Shown here piece by piece: positions 48,975 to 56,439 of a DNA stretch of 64,000 nucleotides. Position 1 is the first letter of the stretch; each line of letters starts with the position of its first letter. The notes beneath the pieces were generated by a model that was not told the origin of the DNA, did no database searches, and saw nothing but the letters and a program-made list of their open reading frames with translations. Source of the stretch: a virus (taxonomy: Duplodnaviria > Caudoviricetes); the IMG/VR virus record IMGVR_UViG_3300021431_004525. One strand, 5' to 3'. Made by a program: the position numbers and the translations under genes.

Positions 48975-49280
48975 TCATGCTGCCTCCACGAAGAAGATAG
49001 GATATTTTCCACGTTCATTGTCGCAATTGTAATACCGGAAGTCATTAACGATATTCTCAAAGGTACTGCCATTGGTAAAGGCATTATCCTCAACATGTTT
49101 CTTACTTGTGGGGAAAGGTTTTTGCCACACATTGTTTACACGCATCATGCAAGGGTGCATCCATATAGGTTCACCATTCTCATAGGCTTTCTTTGCCATA
49201 GGTGCTGTAACTTGTTTCACTTTGTGAGAAATACCATCACAGTCTACCATTTGAAAAGTCATTCCTTTATAGCGTAACAT
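48975..49280 (-). CDS. phage hypothetical protein ending EAA
   Basis: FRYYNCDNERGKYP motif. Confidence 0.85.
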   Translation of the reverse strand: MLRYKGMTFQMVDCDGISHKVKQVTAPMAKKAYENGEPIWMHPCMMRVNNVWQKPFPTSKKHVEDNAFTNGSTFENIVNDFRYYNCDNERGKYPIFFVEAA

Positions 49281-49348
49281 ATTCTTATTTCTAAATAATA
49301 TTTGTTATTTGTTACTCATTTGAGTACATGGGTAGGTAATGTGGGGGC

Positions 49349-50038
49349 TTATGCGGCCTCCACGTTACACACCTTACCTTTAAGACTACTCTCTTTGTAA
49401 TAGACGGCTTCACCATTTGAGAAAACACCGCCACAGACGTAAACCTCCTCACAGATATACCGGCACACATCGTCGACCTCATCAGATAGTTTTTCTATCA
49501 TACCATTCAGCCACTTCACAAGGTTTTTCCTTTGGATTTTAGCCAATCCGGCATTCCATGTGTCACACCATGAATCGGTGACATTTTCTTGCCATGTGTC
49601 GGCAATATCATCCACAAGAGACTCTATGGAATAATTTTCAGAAATCCGGAAGTGATTACCGTAATTATCAGATATACAAATGTCCCAATCGTAGTTCATT
49701 CCGGAATAATGACCGCTATGAACATAAATCTCCTGACTGAATTCAAAATTGTTGAAATCCATGTCAGCACCCTTTTTACCGAAAGCATACCATTTAGACT
49801 TAGACGAAAGACAAGATGCGTGCATACTATCTTGATAGGAGTTACGGTCATTGTAGTCCACAGGGTCAAAACCCTTTTCCTTTGCGCTTTCTTGTGCAAA
49901 GTCGATATCGCAATCATAGTCAATGGAATCCTTAAATACCTCGACCTCCTCCTCAAGTTCATCATCATAAGCGGTTGTTGTATCGCCTACGACATAATAA
50001 TTACGTGCATTGATTTTGTGGAAATTAGGACAACTCAT
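49349..50038 (-). CDS. acidic hypothetical protein ending EAA
   Basis: 229 aa, FSNGEAVY near the C-terminus. Confidence 0.85.
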   Translation of the reverse strand: MSCPNFHKINARNYYVVGDTTTAYDDELEEEVEVFKDSIDYDCDIDFAQESAKEKGFDPVDYNDRNSYQDSMHASCLSSKSKWYAFGKKGADMDFNNFEFSQEIYVHSGHYSGMNYDWDICISDNYGNHFRISENYSIESLVDDIADTWQENVTDSWCDTWNAGLAKIQRKNLVKWLNGMIEKLSDEVDDVCRYICEEVYVCGGVFSNGEAVYYKESSLKGKVCNVEAA

Positions 50039-50260
50039 AATGTAAAGAATTTTTATTTGTTATACTTCTCGAATACATAGCCATAAGCAAGAATAGACGC
50101 AAAAAACCCTACAGAAATCGTTAAAAAACTTCTGTACGGATTGGATAAACAGAATACGCTATAGCCTAATATAGCGCACCATATAAGTGTAATAAACACT
50201 AAAAGAAATCTTTTCTTATTATTCATATACCTTAATTTTTAGATGTTATTTGAAATCGGA

Positions 50261-50403
50261 TGCAAAGGTAAGCATAATATTTGAGACCACCAAATTTTCA
50301 GCGTTTTTTTATGATTTGTTAAGGAATACCCATGAATTGTGTTAAAGTAATGTTAAACACCTCAAAATATTTGCATAATTCAAAGAAATGTATTACCTTT
50401 GCA
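50261..50403. promoter_or_regulatory. divergent promoter pair at the strand switch
   Basis: Minus TACCTTTGCA at 50261-50270 and plus TACCTTTGCA at 50394-50403, with TGTTAA boxes between. Further plus copies near 51073, 51456, 51996, 52148, 52433, 53154, 53352, 53833, 54914, 56398. Confidence 0.88.
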
Positions 50404-50468
50404 GTGTCAAAAGTTAAGGGAATGACACCCCACAAGTTTAACATCTTTAATTTATAGGAGAGACAAAT

Positions 50469-50756
50469 ATGACTAACAAGGATTTGATTAAGGCTTTTAT
50501 CAACGGCAAAGAGGCACAGAATAAGTCAATGCGTACCAATGGTACAAAGTTGTTCAGTTATTTTACTTGCATCGCTCAGAAGACTTCTGACGGCATTCTA
50601 TTTAACGTCTGCAAGTATAGCACGACAACAAGCAAGCAGCAGACCTACACACGAGATGAACTTGAGATACACGGAAAAAAGTTTACAGAAGTAGGTGCGG
50701 ACACATACATACCGCGTGGCACATGCGACCTCACACGCTACCATAAGGCAGCATAA
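50469..50756 (+). CDS. phage hypothetical protein ending KAA
   Basis: LFSY.T.IA...YSTTTSKQQ motif. Confidence 0.85.
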   Translation: MTNKDLIKAFINGKEAQNKSMRTNGTKLFSYFTCIAQKTSDGILFNVCKYSTTTSKQQTYTRDELEIHGKKFTEVGADTYIPRGTCDLTRYHKAA

Positions 50757-50876
50757 GGTTAAAATAAAATTTCATTTTTTTGTTTTTTGAATTTTTATAT
50801 TTATCTTTCCCCTTCAGTCCGTGATGGATAGAGGGGGGATTTATTTAACATTTTTTAATAAATAAAAATTGGACAT

Positions 50877-50911
50877 GTTGGAAACTATACTTCAAAGTTT
50901 CACCCTTGCCC
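50877..50911 (-). ncRNA. 35-nt hairpin RNA motif, copy C
   Basis: GGGCAAGGGTGAAACTTTGAAGTATAGTTTCCAAC behind minus promoter 50930. Confidence 0.7.
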
Positions 50912-51130
50912 TTTGTCTTTCATTGACGATACAAAGGTACAAAGAATCTTTGAAATATCCAAATAAAAATCAATTTATTTTCAACGGGTTATTGTTTTTT
51001 AACAGAAAATTAACGAATTGCAAAACTATATTAAAAAATCGCCAAAAATTTGGTAGTCTCAGATTTTTGTTGTACCTTTGCATCAGAAATCAAGGAATAA
51101 TTCCGAGATAACATAAATTAGTTTTTTAAT

Positions 51131-51391
51131 ATGGAACGTTTAGAAATAAAAAAGTACGACAAAAATTTCGGTGCATATCTTGTTATTAATACAAGTGAGT
51201 GTGAATCGTGGGCTGTAGATGGTGACAAGCCATTAATTCATGAGGTGACATCAGCCGAGGACTTTATGAATTTAGGTTTAGAGGTCTCAACCGATGGCAG
51301 ACCGTTCACAGACCTCAAAATAGGTGAAAAAGTTGCCGATATTGATTTTGGCGGTGACTATGAGGGTGTATATGTAATGAGAGTTGGTTAA
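51131..51391 (+). CDS. hypothetical protein
   Basis: 86 aa behind promoter 51073. Confidence 0.8.
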   Translation: MERLEIKKYDKNFGAYLVINTSECESWAVDGDKPLIHEVTSAEDFMNLGLEVSTDGRPFTDLKIGEKVADIDFGGDYEGVYVMRVG

Positions 51392-51496
51392 CATCTTTTA
51401 ACAATTCTGAAATGCTTTTTAACTAAAATAATTTGCATATTTCAGAAAAATGTATTACCTTTGCAGTGTCAAATTAAAAATCAATTCATATAAGTT

Positions 51497-51844
51497 ATGG
51501 TCAGAACAGAATATCAGATAAAATTGAAAAGCGGCTTATATGTCGGCTTAGTAAATTTCGGCAGAACCTATAAGGCTTGCAAGAAGGCTTGCCGTTTGAG
51601 TGGAATCACGGAAGATACCGCAAAGCGTCTCGCAATGGATTGGGATGGCGAATTAACAGAGTTTACGCTTCTCCCGTGTGTGATGTCCAACTATGGCGAA
51701 GGATGGGACGTGGAATGTTTTTGCGCCACGAAAGAGGAGGCAAAGGCAGACCTTCAATCCTACCGTGAGAATTGCCGTGATGCGGCATTCCAAATAAAGT
51801 GGAAATGGAGTGAAAGATACATCAGCCTCAAGGAGGTTGCATAG
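51497..51844 (+). CDS. hypothetical protein
   Basis: 115 aa with NYG.GWD.E and L..YREN motifs. Confidence 0.8.
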   Translation: MVRTEYQIKLKSGLYVGLVNFGRTYKACKKACRLSGITEDTAKRLAMDWDGELTEFTLLPCVMSNYGEGWDVECFCATKEEAKADLQSYRENCRDAAFQIKWKWSERYISLKEVA

Positions 51845-52019
51845 AGATACGCGAAGGGGTGGCTACCCTTCTATTAGGAAAAGTAACAGAGCCTAACGTA
51901 GAAGCAAGACCAAAGTGTTTACCCTCAAAACATTTTTTAACAATTCATTTAAGTTTCTTTAGCACGAAAAAGTTGCATAATTCAGATTTTATTCGTACCT
52001 TTGTAGTACAAAAATAAAG

Positions 52020-52054
52020 AGGTAGGAGTGAAATCCTAAAGTATGGTCTCCGAC
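52020..52054 (+). ncRNA. 35-nt hairpin RNA motif, copy D
   Basis: AGGTAGGAGTGAAATCCTAAAGTATGGTCTCCGAC behind promoter 51996. Confidence 0.7.
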
Positions 52055-52504
52055 ACGAGCCAATTAAAATTGTTAATATTCCTTAATTTTTAACATTCTT
52101 TAACAAAAATAACTGGGCAAAAATTTGTATATTCCAAAAAATTGTCGTACCTTTGCACTATCAAAAATGAATTAGTAATAACCCTTTAATATTAATAAGG
52201 TATGGTAGCAATAAATAAAAATCATCTGAAAATTGGACGTTACACAATCCAACATGATTGGAATGAAGGTTTTGTTGTCCTTGATGAAGAAGGTCAGCAG
52301 TACGGAAGTGGCTACGACCATGTATGTGATGCAATCGAACAAGTTTTGATGTATAACGACTGAGAATTGTTAAAGGAGGTTAAAACCAGTGTTAAAAACT
52401 GTAAATCCCTTGGTTATTCCAAAAAATATTCGTAACTTTGCATCGTCAAAATAAGACAAGTAATTCACATTAAGTTTAATTCTAAAAAATAGGAGATTTA
52501 AGTT

Positions 52505-53044
52505 ATGGCAAAAAATTCAGTTGAAACCGCAATTCGTAACGCTGCAAGCAGCAAGGTGGCAGGCAAGTTCAATCTTCCGCAGTACAAGAAAGAAGGTACA
52601 AAGCATTATGACGAGCGACAGAAGGCACTTCTGCACAAGCGTATCTGTGAGGAAATCGTAGCCTTTGCAGACAGCCACAAGGACATCCCATTCTATTTCA
52701 TCCTTCAAGTAGGTGTCTCTAAGGGTGCTTTCAAAATGTCGGAGTTTGAGAAGGGTTACAAGCAGTTCAAGGCTTGCAAGGTGGAGCAAGTTCACATGAT
52801 GGGCATGGAGTACAACAAGTACAACGGACTTGAGGGAAAGAAGATGTCAGACGTGACCATCCGTTTGGTGATGCGTTACTACGAGAAAGTTAGCAGTGAT
52901 TTCGTGACGTTCATCAACGACCTCAACAAGTCCGAGAAATTGGGCAAGCAGTGTGGGGCACGCGGCAATTACGAAGCACTCTGCAAGAACCTTAATATCC
53001 CCGTCAAGGAGACCGAGGACAAGCCAATGGCAGATGCAGCCTAA
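52505..53044 (+). CDS. hypothetical protein ending DAA
   Basis: 179 aa, own promoter at 52433, GC-richer codons. Confidence 0.88.
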   Translation: MAKNSVETAIRNAASSKVAGKFNLPQYKKEGTKHYDERQKALLHKRICEEIVAFADSHKDIPFYFILQVGVSKGAFKMSEFEKGYKQFKACKVEQVHMMGMEYNKYNGLEGKKMSDVTIRLVMRYYEKVSSDFVTFINDLNKSEKLGKQCGARGNYEALCKNLNIPVKETEDKPMADAA

Positions 53045-53045
53045 A

Positions 53046-53061
53046 TGTTCCACGTGGAACA
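53046..53061. promoter_or_regulatory. parS: parS centromere-like site (perfect)
   Basis: TGTTCCACGTGGAACA matches the canonical bacterial parS consensus TGTTNCACGTGRAACA. Confidence 0.88.
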
Positions 53062-53177
53062 TCAACCAAAGGGGAAGGGTATAACGCTCTTCCCTTAATT
53101 TTTTTAACTATGTTAAAAGTGTTAATTTGCTTGCGTAATTCAATTATTTTTTGTACCTTTGCAGTAGAAAAATTAAA

Positions 53178-53212
53178 AGGTAGGGGTGAAACTCTAAAGT
53201 ATAGTCTCCAAT
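53178..53212 (+). ncRNA. 35-nt hairpin RNA motif, copy E
   Basis: AGGTAGGGGTGAAACTCTAAAGTATAGTCTCCAAT behind promoter 53154. Confidence 0.7.
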
Positions 53213-53403
53213 ACACCCCATTATATAAATGTGAATTTTATTTAATATTATATGAATGTTATATAATTTTAACATTTTCGTACTATACTATCAGAAATGT
53301 TAATTTAATGTTAAACATACGAATTTCCTTGGTTATTTGAAAAAATTGTATTACCTTTGCATCACAATTAAAAAACAAGTTAAACATTCAAATATTAAAT
53401 AAT

Positions 53404-53661
53404 ATGTTCGGAAAAGGTTCTAAATATAGTTTCAATGGTGACGGCAATTTAGATTGTCAGTTTCTCACCTCCACCTTTGAGGATGGATATCCATATTCTG
53501 TAGGTGTCGTGAATCATACCAAAAAAACGGTTAACCCTGTTCATGGCTACCACTACCCAAACAGATGCGCAAAAGGTCTTATGAACTATGCGCTTAAATT
53601 AGGCTACACCTATGAGGACAGCGAAATGCCAAACAAATTGAATAAAACAATTAAAAACTAA
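53404..53661 (+). CDS. hypothetical protein
   Basis: 85 aa behind promoter 53352. Confidence 0.75.
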   Translation: MFGKGSKYSFNGDGNLDCQFLTSTFEDGYPYSVGVVNHTKKTVNPVHGYHYPNRCAKGLMNYALKLGYTYEDSEMPNKLNKTIKN

Positions 53662-53882
53662 ATGATATGATATACTTTGTAAATGGTAAGGCTAAATTTG
53701 CCTTCGGTGACAAGTCAATGAACGACCATGCAAGACAAGTCATGGATAATCTGAAATGTAAAGAAACCGGAAAAAGATTTGCTGCTTAACATTCTTTAGC
53801 ACGGAATATTTGCATATATCAGATTTTATGACTATCTTTGCACCATCAAATTTAAGTTTAACGTTTTAATTCATTTAAAGTT

Positions 53883-54407
53883 ATGGCATACGATATTAAC
53901 AACATCATGGCAAAGGAAAACGCAATGCGCGACCCTAAGAACGTAACAGAATGGAAACAGCAACGAGAAATGTTACGCGACTATCTGATACCCATCAGCA
54001 CTGCTGAAAACGTCTCTGTGGGCGAAATATACGGCTTCTGCCCCTATATCATTTATGTAAGGATGGACGCACTGAAGCGAGAGGATTGGCCGAATAACAT
54101 CGCCGAAAATTCCATCTATATCGACTTTAAAATAGACCTTTTTAACAAAAAGGTGGAAGTACATCAAAATGGGCATATTTGGCTTTCACCATACGACAAA
54201 ACAACACCAAAGTACAAGTATCTCGCCATGAAGTCAATGCAAGACGTATTGGTCGACAATGGTGGCAAGAAGTTCCGCAAACAGGGCTATAAGGACATTA
54301 AAGACCTTGCCAACAAAATGCAGAAGTATTACGCACAAGTCATGGAAGCCGTCAATGACTACACCGATGGCTATCCATACAAACAAGGAACAAAACAAGC
54401 GGCATAA
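53883..54407 (+). CDS. hypothetical protein ending QAA
   Basis: 174 aa behind promoter 53833. Confidence 0.88.
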   Translation: MAYDINNIMAKENAMRDPKNVTEWKQQREMLRDYLIPISTAENVSVGEIYGFCPYIIYVRMDALKREDWPNNIAENSIYIDFKIDLFNKKVEVHQNGHIWLSPYDKTTPKYKYLAMKSMQDVLVDNGGKKFRKQGYKDIKDLANKMQKYYAQVMEAVNDYTDGYPYKQGTKQAA

Positions 54408-54519
54408 ACAGATTTTTTAAATTAATACTATGTTGTTAGTCCGTTCAGTCCGAGAGGATAGGACGGATTTTATTTTACTTACATTTTGAAACATAAATTA
54501 ACATATTATCAATGGATGG

Positions 54520-54554
54520 GTCGGAGATTATACTCTAAGGTGTCACCCTTACCA
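54520..54554 (-). ncRNA. 35-nt hairpin RNA motif, copy F
   Basis: TGGTAAGGGTGACACCTTAGAGTATAATCTCCGAC at the 3' end of the non-coding unit from promoter 54778. Confidence 0.65.
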
Positions 54555-54595
54555 ATCATCCATCGTTGGTTTTACAACTCCGAAACTCGTTTGTG

Positions 54596-54738
54596 TGACT
54601 CATTGGGGAATCGAACCCCAAAGGTGAACATTTTTGCCGACAGCACCATCTGTTTCCGACTACTCATGCGCTGACACCATACTTTATCATAGGATTGGTA
54701 GTCCTAAAAGCCTCCAAGCCAGCCTTATCGTTTGAGCC
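54596..54738 (-). ncRNA. tRNA-like RNA (acceptor stem plus T-arm, enlarged body)
   Basis: 5' GGCTCA can pair with 3' TGAGTC-A. Perfect T-arm TGGGG-TTCGATT-CCCCA. No canonical D or anticodon arms. Confidence 0.55.
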
Positions 54739-54971
54739 TTTGTTATTTGAAAGAACGCCTTTTATTTCTTTTGACGATGCAAAGGTACAAAATAATCTTG
54801 AATTTCTATGTTAATTGACTGTTAAAAATTCGTTAAAAAACGTTCAATTGTTAAATAAACTAAATCCACTAAAAATAAATTCATTTTTTCTTGCATATAT
54901 CAGTTTTTTTCCGTACCTTTGCATCGTGAAATTAAAACAAATAGTAATAACTCTTTAATACATTATTTATT

Positions 54972-56075
54972 ATGACACAGATTTTGAATATCAACGGACA
55001 GAGTAACGTGAGCGTTAATCCTAACACAGAGACGGGCGCACAGCGTGTAGCATGGCAGCAGTTCGGTACAATCTGCGAGAAGGGTGCAACCATCCACGAC
55101 GTTATGGCAGACGTAACAAGTGAAAACCGCATTAACTATGAGGTTGGCGAAATGCCACTGATGCGTGTACCTTCTGAAATGGTTGAGGCTATCCGCAAAG
55201 GTGAGGCTTTCGATTGGAATCCGTCAGTGTCCGACATCATCAGCACCCATAAGGCTACGCTGCGCACTGACAATAACGACACACTTGGTATCGTAGGTAA
55301 GGGCTACGGAATCGTGCAGAACAGCAAGGCTTTCGACTTCATGGACTTCATTAAGGAGGCAAGCGGTAGTGAACCCGTTATCGAATCCTATGGCGCACTT
55401 GGCTATGGCGAACGTATGTTCATCACTGCCACACTTGGTGAGGATTCGTATCTTAACCCTAACGACGCAATCAAGAACTATGTGGTGTTCACTAACTCAC
55501 ATGATGGCAGTGGCGGTGTCATGGCTTTCTTCACCCCGATTCGTGTGATTTGTCAGAACACGCTGAACATGGCTATTAAGGGCTGCGCCAACAAAGTGGT
55601 GTTCAAGCACACTTCTAAGGTCGACGAGCGTCTTGATTGGACTATCGAGCGCAACCGCAAAATTGCTGCTGAACTTTTCAGCAAGTCAGTGAAATTTAGC
55701 GACAAGTTCATGGAGCGTATGCTTGGACTCAAGGAGGAGACCATCACTGCTGAATATGCACGAGACTTCGTAGGCAAGTTGTGTCTGACTGCTCCCGCCT
55801 TTGAACTTTGGAAGAAGGCTGACTTCAAGGCTGACCACGTTGAGGAAATCAGCACACGGACAAAGAACATTATGGCAGCCCTGACGGACAGCATCGAGAA
55901 TGGAGTAGGACAGGAGTACAATCGTGGCACAAAGGTGTGGCTGCTGAATGGTGTGACTACCTACCTTCAGAATGAGAAAAATTGGAAATCTCAGGAAGAC
56001 AAGTTCAACGCTATGATGTTCGGTAGCGCACAGAAGAAGGTCGAGGATGCTTACCAACTGCTGATGGCTGCGTAA
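54972..56075 (+). CDS. DUF932/DUF945-family phage/plasmid protein
   Basis: LGIVG..Y.IVQN..AF.F, G.L..GER.FI, TNSHDGSG, TPIRVICQNTL. Confidence 0.9.
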   Translation: MTQILNINGQSNVSVNPNTETGAQRVAWQQFGTICEKGATIHDVMADVTSENRINYEVGEMPLMRVPSEMVEAIRKGEAFDWNPSVSDIISTHKATLRTDNNDTLGIVGKGYGIVQNSKAFDFMDFIKEASGSEPVIESYGALGYGERMFITATLGEDSYLNPNDAIKNYVVFTNSHDGSGGVMAFFTPIRVICQNTLNMAIKGCANKVVFKHTSKVDERLDWTIERNRKIAAELFSKSVKFSDKFMERMLGLKEETITAEYARDFVGKLCLTAPAFELWKKADFKADHVEEISTRTKNIMAALTDSIENGVGQEYNRGTKVWLLNGVTTYLQNEKNWKSQEDKFNAMMFGSAQKKVEDAYQLLMAA

Positions 56076-56091
56076 GGTTTCACGTGGAACA
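56076..56091. promoter_or_regulatory. parS: parS site (15/16)
   Basis: GGTTTCACGTGGAACA immediately after the DUF932 stop codon. Confidence 0.8.
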
Positions 56092-56439
56092 TACACGGAG
56101 GGGGATGTGGTAGGGCTACTGCACCCCCTCCCTATGTACCCCCTACCTACGTATCCACCCTCTCAGCCACCCCCTATGTTTCCGGCTGACGGTAGCACAC
56201 GGTTTGCTCTGCAAATCTTTGAAAAAATTCTGGAAAAAAATTAAGGGGGTGGGGGTTATTCTATTAAAGGTTATTTCAAAAAAAATTCCAGAAAAATTTT
56301 TGAAAATCTAAAATATGACATATATTAAACAAATGTACTAAATATGTAAATTTAAGTTTCTTTAACTAAAAAGATTTGGCTATTTTGGCAAAAATGAGTA
56401 ATTTTGCATTTGAAATTATTTTAAAATGAAAAAATACTT

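Larger units (their letters stand above)
1..50038 (-). other. Array of >100 small phage early/accessory genes in promoter-headed cassettes (only the more informative genes are listed individually)
   Basis: Tightly packed minus-strand ORFs, mostly 60-340 aa. A TAnnTTTGCA promoter occurs about every 1.2 kb. Starts are A-rich (e.g. AAAAATAGATTAATATG). Confidence 0.9.

Noticed and set aside
12706-49327. GTACTC palindromes as integron attC sites
   Set aside because: Too short, no RYYYAAC/GTTRRRY boxes, and no integrase in the window.
210-50080. Plus-strand ORFs of the track in 1-50 kb other than tnpB, and minus-strand ORFs in 52.5-61.8 kb
   Set aside because: They are antisense shadows of better genes or run across promoters, with implausible composition.
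43176-54554. CRISPR array made of the 35-nt motif
   Set aside because: Copies are solitary, kilobases apart, on both strands, with no regular spacers and no cas genes.
50869-54674. ORFs 50869-51111, 53110-53340 and 54486-54674
   Set aside because: They run through promoters and the RNA motifs and are chance open frames.
54596-54738. tmRNA
   Set aside because: Far too short, with no tag reading frame evident. Kept only as tRNA-like.
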